A DNA stretch of 64,000 nt from Acidobacteriota bacterium (GTDB lineage: Bacteria > Acidobacteriota > Thermoanaerobaculia > Gp7-AA8), in the NCBI GenBank assembly GCA_019244185.1, contig JAFATB010000006.1:64001-128000 (forward strand), given 5' to 3'. The translations under genes and the position numbers were made by a program. Of the stretch, positions 29,722-39,226 are shown in pieces. Under the pieces are notes generated by a model. That model saw nothing but the letters and a program-made list of their open reading frames with translations. It had not been told where the DNA came from and did no database searches. Within the stretch, counting starts at the first letter, position 1. The number at the start of each line of letters is the position of its first letter.

Positions 29722-30888
29722 ATGAAGAAGAAACGCATCCGCGAGATCGCGCTCGCGTCGCAGACGCGCATCGTGCTCACCGCCGCGATCTGGCTCTCGC
29801 TCTTCGCCTACGCGGGACGTCCGCTGCTGGCGGGCGCCGCCGCGGCCGGCATCGCGCCCGCCGTCGCGTGGATCGCCCTCGTCGCGCTCTCCGCGCTCGG
29901 CATTCTGCCGATGCTCTTCCGCCGCTCCGAAACGCTCGCACAGCGCACGCTGGTGCACTGGACCGGCTACGCGACGCTGGCGATCTTCTCGACGCTCCTC
30001 GTGCTCGTCGCGCTCACCGACGCCGCGCGCGTCCTCTACTGGCTCGCGCGCTGGCTGTTCGCCGCGCAAACCTGGCCGCTCGTCGACGCGCGCGCTCTCA
30101 GCCTCGGCATCCTCGCCGCCGCCCTCGCGCTCACGCTCGTCGGGCTCGTGCAGGCGCGCTGTCCGCGCGTGCGCCACGTCGCCGTCCGCATCGACGAGCT
30201 GCCGCCGGAGCTCGACGGCTACCGCATCGTGCAGTGGAGCGACGTGCACGTCGGCCCGACCATCCAGCGCCGCTTCGTCGAGTCACTCGTCGAGCGCACG
30301 AACGCGCTCGCACCCGACGCCGTCGCCATCACCGGCGATCTCGTCGACGGCTTACTCGACGAATTGCGCGAACAAGTGCAGCCGATGCGCGACCTTCGCG
30401 CGCGCGACGGCGTCTTCTACGTCACCGGCAACCATGAGTACTACTGGCGCGCGAGCGAATGGATCCCCGCGCTCGAGTCCCTCGGGCTGCAGTTTCTGAA
30501 GAACGATCACCGCGTCATCACGCGCGGCGACGCGAAGCTCGTCATCGCCGGCGTCACCGATCCGATGGGCCGCTACACGCACAAACAGGATCCCGACCGC
30601 GCGCTCGCGTCCGCGCCGCGCGACGCCGTGAAAGTGCTCCTCTCCCATCGGCCGCAGACCGCCGAAGCCGCGAACCGCCTCGGCGCGCATCTGCAGCTCT
30701 CCGGACATACGCACGGCGGTCAGTTTTTCCCGTTCAACCTGATCATCAAGCGCTTCCAGCCGATCGTCGCCGGCCTACATCGCGTGGGCGGGCTGTGGCT
30801 GTACGTGAACCGCGGCACCGGCTACTGGGGTCCGCCCTCGCGCCTCGCCGTCGGCGGCGAGATCACGGTGATCCAGCTGACGCGCTGA
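29722..30888 (+). CDS. Membrane-anchored metallophosphoesterase (YkuE-like)
   Basis: N-terminal TMs; SDVHVG, TGDLVDG, GNHEYY and SGHTHGGQ motifs. Confidence 0.92.
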   Translation: MKKKRIREIALASQTRIVLTAAIWLSLFAYAGRPLLAGAAAAGIAPAVAWIALVALSALGILPMLFRRSETLAQRTLVHWTGYATLAIFSTLLVLVALTDAARVLYWLARWLFAAQTWPLVDARALSLGILAAALALTLVGLVQARCPRVRHVAVRIDELPPELDGYRIVQWSDVHVGPTIQRRFVESLVERTNALAPDAVAITGDLVDGLLDELREQVQPMRDLRARDGVFYVTGNHEYYWRASEWIPALESLGLQFLKNDHRVITRGDAKLVIAGVTDPMGRYTHKQDPDRALASAPRDAVKVLLSHRPQTAEAANRLGAHLQLSGHTHGGQFFPFNLIIKRFQPIVAGLHRVGGLWLYVNRGTGYWGPPSRLAVGGEITVIQLTR

Positions 30889-33800
30889 CGGCGCGGCGCC
30901 GATCGCCGCGAACGCGGCCCAACGGCGCGGATCGCGCGTCGACGCCGCACGCAACGCCGCGAGCTGCGCCGCGCGCAACGCTTCCGGCGCCGACGCTCCG
31001 CGCGCGAGCTGCGCGTGCAGCGCGCGCATGAGCGGTGCGACCTCATCGTCCGCGACGTCCCACAACGTGCCGACGATCTCCGGCACGCCCGCGACGAGGA
31101 ACGCGTGCGACAGACTCGTCACGCCTTCGATGGCGATGTCGCGCCCGCGCAGCGTGCCGCATGCCGCGAGCACGACGACGCGCGTCGCATCGAAATGCAT
31201 CCGCCCGATCTGCCGCGCCGTCAGATCGCCGCCCGTTTGCGGCGTGGCCGCGCAGATGAGCGCCGAACTGCCCGGCTCGTTCGGCCGCACGACCGCGTGA
31301 CCCGCGTAATGCACGATCGCATACGCCGGCGCGACGCCGAGGAAGCGCTCCGCGGTCGCATTGCCGCGCGTGAGGACATCGGCTTTGGGATACCGCCGCG
31401 CGACGAGGCGCGCCTCGATTTCCGCGTTCTCGAGCGGCGCCAGATTGGGATAGCGATCGACCGGCGCGGCGGGATTCGCGAACACGAGCGCGTTCCGCGG
31501 CGCACTCGCGTCGCGCGCGTTTGCACGATCGAGCGCGACCGCGTATACCGCCGCACTCGGCGCGCTCGTCAGCGTGTAGCGCTCGACGAGATACACGCGC
31601 GTCGCCGCGTCGTACAACGCCGCGAACGGCACGCGCTGCAGCGCGTCACCGGCGATCGTGACGAGTGTCGACGCGCCGGCGAGATCCGACGCGATCGGCG
31701 CGACGAGCCACTGATGCAGCCGCGCACCGGATGTTTGCGGATCGCCGCTGTTCGGCCGCGATGCGAGCGACTCGACGAACGCGTCCGCCGCACGCATGAG
31801 CTCCGCGCGCGACACCGGCATGGTCCGCAACACCAGGCGTTCGCGCGTCACGACGAAGATCGCCAGCCGGTCGCGCAGCGCGCAGTACTCGACGAGCGCC
31901 GTCGACGGTTCGAGTTGCGCGCGGATGTCCGCGAGCGGCGGCAGCGCGGTCGCTCGTTCGCCTTCGATCTCTTCGAACACCGTGCGCGCGCGTCCGCGCT
32001 CGACGTATGCGAACGCCGCCGCCGCATCGCCGCGGCGCAGCGCGAGCGCGACCGCTTCATCGAAGAGCTCCGCGCCGTCGCCGAAGATGCCGGGACGCAG
32101 CTCCGCGTCGTGCACGCCGGACCGCTGCTGTTCGAGCGCGCGGATGCCGTCGTCGAAATCGACGCGCGCAGCGTCGAGCGCGCCGAGCGCCGACTGCGCG
32201 CGGCCACGTGCGAGGAACAGCTGCGGGAGGACGATCGGACGTTCGGCGCGCTGCTGGAACGCGATCGCCGACGACAGCCGCGCGACGGCGCGGCGCGGAT
32301 CGTCGCGCAACGCAAGCGTCCCTTCGACGGCATCGACGTCGGCGAGCAGTTTCGCGCGCGCGGCTCCGTCGACGATGCGCAATGCCGTCGTCCGCGCGCG
32401 GAGCAAGGCGCGCGACGCGGCATTCGCATCGCTGAGATGCCCGGCGGCGGCAGCGTCGCGCAGGAACATCTCCGAGTCGAGTGAAGGATTGGGCGGCGCG
32501 AGCTGCGCCTCGAGGCGGATGAGCGCGCGCGCCCACTCCCATCGACCGCCGCGGAGTTCCGTGCGCGAAAGCGCCGCGAGCACGACACGCGCGCGGCCGA
32601 AATCGCCGAACGCGCAGCTCTCGCGCAGAGCGGCGAGTCCGTGCCGGCGCGCGAGCTCCGGCTGTGCGATGAGGTCGTAGTCCTCGCTGACCACCGCCTC
32701 CGCCGCCGCCTCGAACCCGCGCTCGCCAAGCGCGCGATGTAGCGCGACCGATTCCTGTGCGTGCGCGAGCGAGTCCGACCAGTGGCCGGCGACGGCATCG
32801 CACAGCGCGAGCTCGTACAGGATCCGCGCGGTCAGCGCGCGATGTCCCGGCGCGCTGCGCTCCTCGGCGAGCATCGCTTCGAGCATAGCCGCCGCATCCG
32901 CACCGCGGCTTTCGTCGAACAGCACGCTTGCGACGTAGAAGCGCGCATACCGCGCCATCGGGTTCTTCGCGCGCGCGAGCTGCTCCTCGGATGCGCGCAA
33001 CGCGCGCTCGGCGCCCGCGAGGTCGCCGTCGCGGTACGCGAGCCGTCCCGCGCGATACGCGAGCAAGCCGCCGATGACGCGCGTGTCGCGCGGCGCGCGG
33101 TCGAGCGCCGCGACCGTCTCGGCGAGCAGCGACTCGCCGCGCTCGCGCTGCAGCCACTCGCCCGCGACGCGCGCCTGCGCGAGCGATGCACGCGCCGCCG
33201 CCGCGTTGCCGCCCGCCATTGCCGCCGCCCACGACGTGAGCGACACCGCTTCGGCGAACTTGCGCGTGTGCTCGGGAAAGCGCTGCGCGAGCGCGCGCAG
33301 CGCGTCCGGCGGCAACCGATCGAACGTGCCCTTCACGCCGCTCCACGCCTCTTCATCGCTCGCGCGTTGCGCCGCGAGCCGCGCCCGCGCCTCGTTCGCC
33401 CACGACGACTGCGCGTCGACGTCGAGATACGTCCGCCACGCGTCGCGCGCGAGCGGCGTGAGCCCGAGCCGCTCGACCAGCACGGCGCGATTGAACAGCG
33501 CCTCCGCGCGACGCGGCTCCTGCATCAACGCGCGATCGAGCGCCGCCAGCGCCGCGATCGACTCGTCGTCGCGTCCGGTCGCGCCGCGAATCGCCGCGAC
33601 GTCGTTCCAGAACGCCGCGCCGTTCGTCGCGGGTGCATGCGCGTCCGCGAGCGCCGCCACCGCATGCGCAGGCGCATCGCCCGCGAGCATCGACGCGATC
33701 GCCTCCCCGCGCTTCGCCCCCGCACCGCCCGCCCGCGCCGCCAGCTCGTTCAGCGCCGATGCGCATTCGAGCCGCTCGACGTACGTCCGCGCCCGCGGCA

Positions 33801-33978
33801 GCATCCGCGCGAGCGCCGCCGCCGCGCGCTCGAGCAGCCGCGCATCATCGCGCGACGCCAGCCGCATCGGCACGATGCGCGGATCATCCGCCGCGAGCCG
33901 CGCCCGCTCGAGCGCGATCGCAAACCGCACGCGATCCGCCGGCAGCATCCAGGCGACGAGTGCGACACCTCCCACCAC
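30775..33978 (-). CDS. TPR + CHAT (caspase HetF associated with TPR) protease; start uncertain
   Basis: EALFNRA TPR, long helical region, LQRVPFAAL, HYAGHA (His), VVLAACGT (Cys), VGTLWDVAD and WAAFAAIG. Confidence 0.9.
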   Translation of the reverse strand: MVGGVALVAWMLPADRVRFAIALERARLAADDPRIVPMRLASRDDARLLERAAAALARMLPRARTYVERLECASALNELAARAGGAGAKRGEAIASMLAGDAPAHAVAALADAHAPATNGAAFWNDVAAIRGATGRDDESIAALAALDRALMQEPRRAEALFNRAVLVERLGLTPLARDAWRTYLDVDAQSSWANEARARLAAQRASDEEAWSGVKGTFDRLPPDALRALAQRFPEHTRKFAEAVSLTSWAAAMAGGNAAAARASLAQARVAGEWLQRERGESLLAETVAALDRAPRDTRVIGGLLAYRAGRLAYRDGDLAGAERALRASEEQLARAKNPMARYARFYVASVLFDESRGADAAAMLEAMLAEERSAPGHRALTARILYELALCDAVAGHWSDSLAHAQESVALHRALGERGFEAAAEAVVSEDYDLIAQPELARRHGLAALRESCAFGDFGRARVVLAALSRTELRGGRWEWARALIRLEAQLAPPNPSLDSEMFLRDAAAAGHLSDANAASRALLRARTTALRIVDGAARAKLLADVDAVEGTLALRDDPRRAVARLSSAIAFQQRAERPIVLPQLFLARGRAQSALGALDAARVDFDDGIRALEQQRSGVHDAELRPGIFGDGAELFDEAVALALRRGDAAAAFAYVERGRARTVFEEIEGERATALPPLADIRAQLEPSTALVEYCALRDRLAIFVVTRERLVLRTMPVSRAELMRAADAFVESLASRPNSGDPQTSGARLHQWLVAPIASDLAGASTLVTIAGDALQRVPFAALYDAATRVYLVERYTLTSAPSAAVYAVALDRANARDASAPRNALVFANPAAPVDRYPNLAPLENAEIEARLVARRYPKADVLTRGNATAERFLGVAPAYAIVHYAGHAVVRPNEPGSSALICAATPQTGGDLTARQIGRMHFDATRVVVLAACGTLRGRDIAIEGVTSLSHAFLVAGVPEIVGTLWDVADDEVAPLMRALHAQLARGASAPEALRAAQLAALRAASTRDPRRWAAFAAIGAAPSARQLDHRDLAADGEARGRTPVAGAAVHVQPQPAHAM

Positions 33979-34066
33979 GAGCGCGACGCCAAGGCCGCGC
34001 CGCCAGTCCGGAAAGCGTGAGAAACGCGCGTGCGGAATGCCGGAAAGCTTAACGCCGAACGGAAGC

Positions 34067-34093
34067 GGAGGACCGCGGGAACCGCGGCCCTCC
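34067..34093 (-). terminator. GC-rich hairpin just after the caspase-gene stop
   Basis: GGAGGGCCGCGG-TTC-CCGCGGTCCTCC on the minus strand; only a weak U-tract follows. Confidence 0.45.
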
Positions 34094-34101
34094 TCGCGCG
34101 C

Positions 34102-35856
34102 TCATGGCCAGTTGCTGACGGAGCAGCCGTTGAGAGGCACCAGCTTGCCGGCCGGGATCGGCGGATCGACCGGGATCTGATCGCCGAGCTGGTAGTAGAG
34201 ATAGAACGTCCGCGCGGGATCGTCGCTGTTCGGAATGCCGAGGATGTCGATCTCGCGCTCGTTGCCGATCAGAACCGAGCCGCCCGGCTTGACGCTGATC
34301 CAGTCGTCGGGGCCGCCGCCGACGCGGATGCGCGCGGCCGGCTCCGTGAGAGGCAGATGCAGGACGACCCACTTGGGCGTGCGGCCGTCGAACGTGCCCG
34401 CCGTCGACGTCGAGATGAACTGCGTCTGCGCGTCCTCGAGCGGGCCGGCGGTGAGCGTGCCGCAGCGCAGATCGGCGAACGCCGCGATCCGCGCCGGATC
34501 GGGCACTTCTTCGAAGCAGTCGTCGCTCGGGTGATACGGCAGCTCTTCGCACACGCCGAACTTCATGCCCGGAACGCGCTCGGCGAACGACGACGTCACG
34601 GACAACGCGTCCGCCGACGAATCCGCGTTCTCGAAATCGATGCGCACGCCGTCGAGCTCCCACCGCAGGTACTGGAGCTGGCCGCCCTTGTTGTGCGGCG
34701 TCGAGATGGTCGGATCGATGCCGTAGCCGTCGATCTCGTCCTCCGCGACTTCGATGTACGCCTTGTGGCGCACCTCGGGATCCTTGCGGTCGTCGAACGG
34801 CAGCACGACGCGTTTCTGGTACGGGTCGGAGCGGCGGCGGCTGTCGAGGAAACAGCACATGCCGCGAAAGCGAATGTCGATCGAGTTCATGATTCCTTCT
34901 GCTCCTTTCGGCGTCACCGGCGTCTCCACCGGATCGTCGACTCTGCTGATGCTCGAGAACGGAGATGGCGCCGCCTGTCCCGGCTTCCCGGGGAATGGCT
35001 CCACGCCGCGCGCGACGTTGACGCGCAGCTCCGGCGACTGCCGCACGCCTTCCTTGAGCGGCTTGATGCCGGCGATGAGCTGGTTGAACGTGGCGTCGGC
35101 GTGTGCCTTGAGAAATTCGGTCGCGCGCTTGCTGAAGAGCAGCCGTGACTTTCCCGCGCCGAGCCGGAGCTCGAGCGCCGTTTCGCTGCGGCCGCACGCC
35201 GCGACGACGAGCGGGCGCTCGCGCTGCACCGGCGTGGCGGCGACGTTCAGCGTGCGCCCTCCACGCGCGGCGGATGCGGTCTCGGTTCCCGCGTCATCCG
35301 CATACGAACCGAACTCGCGCACGACGTCGCCGCTGCGCGGTAACTCCTTCGGGGGAATGAACAGCGGCTGCATGTCCGGGGCCTTGCCGTGCGCACGCCC
35401 GCGCTTCGCCGCCGCCGGTTGGAACGCCCCGCTGAAGCACGTGTCGATGATCAGCGTGAGATCGGTTCCGATCGGCGGCGCCGCAATCGCAAGCACGCGG
35501 GACAGATCGCTGTCGGTGATCGCGCTCGACGTCAGCTCGGCATCCTGCGCCTGCGGGAACACCATCAGCGCTTCCTCGAACTTGAAGCGTCCCTCATCGA
35601 CCGGCGCCGGCACGGTGCTGCCGTGGCCGAAGAAGCCGAACACGAGCTGATCGTTCGGCTGCGCGCCGGTGACGAGCTGCTGAAACGCCGCCAGCACTTT
35701 CGTGCGCGTCGCGTTCTGATCGGCGAGCGACGTCACGGTGAAGCCGTAATTCCGAAGAAGCGCCGCCCATTCTCCGAGCTCCGTCACCGGTGCGTCGAGT
35801 GACGGCGCAAATCCCCGGTAGTCCCCGACTGCAACGAGGACAGCTTTCTTTTTCAT
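34102..35856 (-). CDS. Metacaspase (peptidase C14) fused to an uncharacterised C-terminal domain
   Basis: KKAVLVAVGDY, ATRTKV, FGFFGHGS (His), IIDTCFSG (Cys), VAACGRSETA, QSPEL; SD GAGG before ATG 35856. Confidence 0.88.
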   Translation of the reverse strand: MKKKAVLVAVGDYRGFAPSLDAPVTELGEWAALLRNYGFTVTSLADQNATRTKVLAAFQQLVTGAQPNDQLVFGFFGHGSTVPAPVDEGRFKFEEALMVFPQAQDAELTSSAITDSDLSRVLAIAAPPIGTDLTLIIDTCFSGAFQPAAAKRGRAHGKAPDMQPLFIPPKELPRSGDVVREFGSYADDAGTETASAARGGRTLNVAATPVQRERPLVVAACGRSETALELRLGAGKSRLLFSKRATEFLKAHADATFNQLIAGIKPLKEGVRQSPELRVNVARGVEPFPGKPGQAAPSPFSSISRVDDPVETPVTPKGAEGIMNSIDIRFRGMCCFLDSRRRSDPYQKRVVLPFDDRKDPEVRHKAYIEVAEDEIDGYGIDPTISTPHNKGGQLQYLRWELDGVRIDFENADSSADALSVTSSFAERVPGMKFGVCEELPYHPSDDCFEEVPDPARIAAFADLRCGTLTAGPLEDAQTQFISTSTAGTFDGRTPKWVVLHLPLTEPAARIRVGGGPDDWISVKPGGSVLIGNEREIDILGIPNSDDPARTFYLYYQLGDQIPVDPPIPAGKLVPLNGCSVSNWP

Positions 35857-36003
35857 GACCCACCTCTCTTTGTTGGTTCGGGACGCGCGCGTGACCGTCA
35901 TCACATGAGAGGAACGCGGTGCGGGATTTCTCGCCGTGAAGCCCCCGAAAAACTCTCGAATCCCGCCACATTTGTGCCGCAGTCGGAGTCCAGATTGAGG
36001 TCC

Positions 36004-37581
36004 ATGAAACGAACGGCCCTCGGTCTGGTGATGCTCATCACGGTCTCGGTTGCGGCGCAGACGGTCGACGTCGCGCCGGCGACGAATGCGGCGCGCATCG
36101 TCCGCTCGCTCGCCGACACGTCCGACCTCCACAACGTCTACGCGCCGATCGGCTCGCGCCTCCTCTGGACGCGCAACGGCAAGCCGACCGCGCAGGCGCA
36201 GGCGCTGCTCTCGCTCTTCGTCACTGCGGAAACGAAAGGCCTGCGCTCGGCGGACTACGCCGTCGCCGCGCCGGCAGCCGGCGACGATGCGTCGCTCGCG
36301 CGCTTCGACGTCGCCATGACCGCCGCGACGCTCCGCTACGTCGCGCATCTCCACAGCGGCCGCATCGATCCGCACAGCGTCGGCTTCGACTTCGACGTCG
36401 CCGCGAAGCAGCTCTATCTCCCCGCCGTCGTGATGACGCTCGCCGAATCGAACGACGTCGCCTCCGCGATCGCCGCGCTCGAACCGCAGCAGCCCGAATA
36501 TCGTCGCCTCCTCACCGCGCTCGCGACGTATCGCCGCATCGCGAGCGAACCGGAGATCGTCGTGCCCGCGGTCGCGAAACTCTCGCCGTCCGATCACTAC
36601 GACGCGCTGCCGCAGCTCGCGGCGAAGCTCCGCCGCCTCGGCGATCTAACCGCTGACGCGAAGGTCGACGGCACGCTGTACGACGGCGCGATCGTCGACG
36701 CAATGAAGCACTTCCAGAAACGCCACGGACTCGAAGCCGACGGCGTCGTCAGCCGCCGCACGTTCGCCGCTTTGAACACGCCCGCCGCGGCGCGCGTGCA
36801 GCAGCTCGAATGGGCGCTCGAGCGCGCGCGCTGGATGCCGTCGACGTCCGACGCCGCCGTGCTCGTGAACATCCCCGAGTTCACGCTGCATGCGGTCGAC
36901 CGCAACGGCGAGCTCGCGATGCGCGTCGTCGTCGGGCAGGCCGCGGGCCACAAGACGCCGGTGTTCGACGGCGACATCCAGCACGTCGTCTTCCGCCCGT
37001 CGTGGAGCGTGCCCACGCGCATTCAGCGCAACGAGATCGTGCCGAAGGTCGTGCGCGACCGCGACTACCTCGCGCGCAATCGTTACGAAATTGTGGATGG
37101 CACCGGCCGCGCGATCGGCTCGTCGGTCGACGATGCCACGCTCGCCGCGCTGCGCACCGGCGCGTTCCGCGTGCGCCAGAAGTCCGGCGACGCGAACGCC
37201 CTCGGCCTCTTCAAGTTCGTCTTCCCGAACGACAACGACGTCTACCTGCATTCGACGCCGGCGCAGGCGCTCTTCGCCCGCACGCGCCGCGACTTCAGCC
37301 ACGGCTGCATCCGCGTCGAAGATCCGGTCGCACTCGCGGCGTGGGCGCTGCAGTGGTCGCCGGAGAAAGTGCGCGCCGCGCTCGCGTCGAAACGCGAAGA
37401 CCTCTACGTCCGCCTCGACAAAACGATCCCGGTGGTCATCCTCTACAACACCGCGGTCGCGACCGCCGACGGCGACGTGCACTTCTACGACGACATCTAC
37501 GGTCACGACGCCACGCTCGCCGCCGCGCTCGCGCCGGCGCACACGCAGCCCGCGACGATGCTCGCCGCCGCGCGGCGTTAA
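36004..37581 (+). CDS. L,D-transpeptidase (YcbB/LdtD-like) with a PG-binding domain
   Basis: Signal peptide; FQKRHGLEADGVV; VNIPEF; VYLHSTP...FSHGCIRV catalytic motif. Confidence 0.92.
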   Translation: MKRTALGLVMLITVSVAAQTVDVAPATNAARIVRSLADTSDLHNVYAPIGSRLLWTRNGKPTAQAQALLSLFVTAETKGLRSADYAVAAPAAGDDASLARFDVAMTAATLRYVAHLHSGRIDPHSVGFDFDVAAKQLYLPAVVMTLAESNDVASAIAALEPQQPEYRRLLTALATYRRIASEPEIVVPAVAKLSPSDHYDALPQLAAKLRRLGDLTADAKVDGTLYDGAIVDAMKHFQKRHGLEADGVVSRRTFAALNTPAAARVQQLEWALERARWMPSTSDAAVLVNIPEFTLHAVDRNGELAMRVVVGQAAGHKTPVFDGDIQHVVFRPSWSVPTRIQRNEIVPKVVRDRDYLARNRYEIVDGTGRAIGSSVDDATLAALRTGAFRVRQKSGDANALGLFKFVFPNDNDVYLHSTPAQALFARTRRDFSHGCIRVEDPVALAAWALQWSPEKVRAALASKREDLYVRLDKTIPVVILYNTAVATADGDVHFYDDIYGHDATLAAALAPAHTQPATMLAAARR

Positions 37582-37608
37582 GAAAGAGAGCGAGTCTCGG
37601 TCGCGCGA

Positions 37609-38022
37609 TCAGCGGCACAGTGGCGGCCGGTACTCGGCAGGCACCGTGCCTCCCTTGCAGGACCACGTGAGGCCGCTGCCATCGATCGCCGGCGTCAATT
37701 CCAGCGTCTTACCCGTGAGATGCGAATCCGCCGTAAAGGTCACGACCACGACGCCGCCAGGCGCAATCGCGACGCTCGAAACGTACGGACCGGAGAGCGG
37801 AACCTCCGCGACGTGCGCCTCGGCGTTCGATGACGGCAATCGCCCCGTCTCCGCGTAAAAGGCGGAGACGAACGTCTTGACCGTGCCCGCCATACTGATA
37901 CCGCTTCCGACGGCAGCCATCGACTCGTAGGTCCCTCGCTTCGCGCACGTCCACGAAACGGCCAGGCCCAGACACAGCGCGACTGCGCGAACGCGTCTTC
38001 CCATCAACGATTGCGTCTTCAA
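37609..38022 (-). CDS. Pilin-domain protein lacking a class III prepilin N-terminus
   Basis: FYAETGRLP, YVSSV, GKTLELTP and WSC...YRPPLCR D-region disulfide motif. Confidence 0.75.
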   Translation of the reverse strand: MKTQSLMGRRVRAVALCLGLAVSWTCAKRGTYESMAAVGSGISMAGTVKTFVSAFYAETGRLPSSNAEAHVAEVPLSGPYVSSVAIAPGGVVVVTFTADSHLTGKTLELTPAIDGSGLTWSCKGGTVPAEYRPPLCR

Positions 38023-38108
38023 CGTGCTACCCGCGCAGCGTCAAGCCTCGCGTTGAAGTGTGGGCGTCGCTGCGACCGGTGTCAACGGCGAGCCGCAGCA
38101 CCATCGCC

Positions 38109-39155
38109 TCACACCATCGCCGCCGAGCCGATCTCCGGATGCGCGCCTGCGAACTCCACAAGCTTCGCCGCGTACGTCCGCAGCGGCGGCGCGGCGATGC
38201 CGGTGCCGGCAAGCGCGGCGAGCGTGTTCGTCGTGTCGTACGTCGTCGGATGAACGAAGTAGTCGACGGCGGCGGGCGGGATGCGCATCAGGCGATACAC
38301 GCCGGGCACGTAACGGAGCGCGCCTTTCGCGAGCGACTTCGTCAGCGGCACGCGAATCACGGTGCGGCCGGTCGCTTCCGCGATCGTGTCGATGGTCTCG
38401 TCGACGGTGAGCGGCCGCGGATCGGCGACCGCGTACGTGACGCCGGCGCCGTCGCGGCGCGCCATCAATGCGTCGAGCGCCGCGATCACGAAGTCGCGCG
38501 GCACGACGTTGAACGTGTAACACGACGGACGTCCGACCACCGGCAGCATCGCGAGCTTCGGCTGCCGCAGCAGCCACTGCATCACGAAGTACGGCCCGTC
38601 GAACTTCTGCGTGGCGCCGGTCGCGCTGTCGCCGACCACGACCGACGGCCGGTAGATCGTCGCCGGGATGCGCGACATCCGCTTCCGCACTTCCACTTCC
38701 GCGAGGTACTTCGTCTCCTCGTAATAGTTGTTGAAGCGCTGCCCTTTCTCGAGATCGTCCTCGCGAAACACGCCGGCGTAGCGCCCGCTGACGTAGCACG
38801 TGCTGATGTAGTGCAGGCGTTCGAGGCGCGGCGCGCGCTCGGCGAGATCGAGCACGCGCTGCGTGCCGACGACATTCACGCGCATCCCGATTTCACGCGG
38901 CACGCTGAGGTCGTAGACGGCGGCGAGGTGATAAATCTCACGAACGTCGCGCGCATCGATCGCATCGAGCGGCTGCGTGAGATCGCCTTCGACGAGTTGC
39001 ACGCGGCGCGCGTCGATCTGCCGCGCGCGTGTTTCCGCGAGCGGACGGAACTTCGGCTGCACGAGGCAGAGCGCGTCGTCGTCGCGGCGGCGCAGGATGC
39101 GCGGCAAGAGCTCCGTGCCGAGGAAGCCGGGAAAGCCGGTGAAGAAGATGGACAC
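38109..39155 (-). CDS. Extended SDR / NAD_binding_4 (thioester reductase-like) oxidoreductase
   Basis: TGFPGFLG, HLAAVYD, YEETK (YxxxK) and YRPSVVVGDS motifs. Confidence 0.9.
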   Translation of the reverse strand: MSIFFTGFPGFLGTELLPRILRRRDDDALCLVQPKFRPLAETRARQIDARRVQLVEGDLTQPLDAIDARDVREIYHLAAVYDLSVPREIGMRVNVVGTQRVLDLAERAPRLERLHYISTCYVSGRYAGVFREDDLEKGQRFNNYYEETKYLAEVEVRKRMSRIPATIYRPSVVVGDSATGATQKFDGPYFVMQWLLRQPKLAMLPVVGRPSCYTFNVVPRDFVIAALDALMARRDGAGVTYAVADPRPLTVDETIDTIAEATGRTVIRVPLTKSLAKGALRYVPGVYRLMRIPPAAVDYFVHPTTYDTTNTLAALAGTGIAAPPLRTYAAKLVEFAGAHPEIGSAAMV

Positions 39156-39181
39156 CGCGCGGAGGATTGTACGCAGGTGAA

Positions 39182-39213
39182 ACGTGGAGGGCGCGCGGTG
39201 CGACCCTCCACGT
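39182..39213. terminator. Hairpin downstream of the small secreted protein gene
   Basis: acgtggaggg...ccctccacgt inverted repeat. Confidence 0.55.
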
Positions 39214-39226
39214 CGTTCGATGAGCG

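Noticed and set aside
34067-34104. Selenocysteine SECIS after the metacaspase UGA
   Set aside because: The UGA follows a plausible natural C-terminus rather than a catalytic Cys position, and the hairpin looks more like a terminator stem; kept only as a weak readthrough hypothesis
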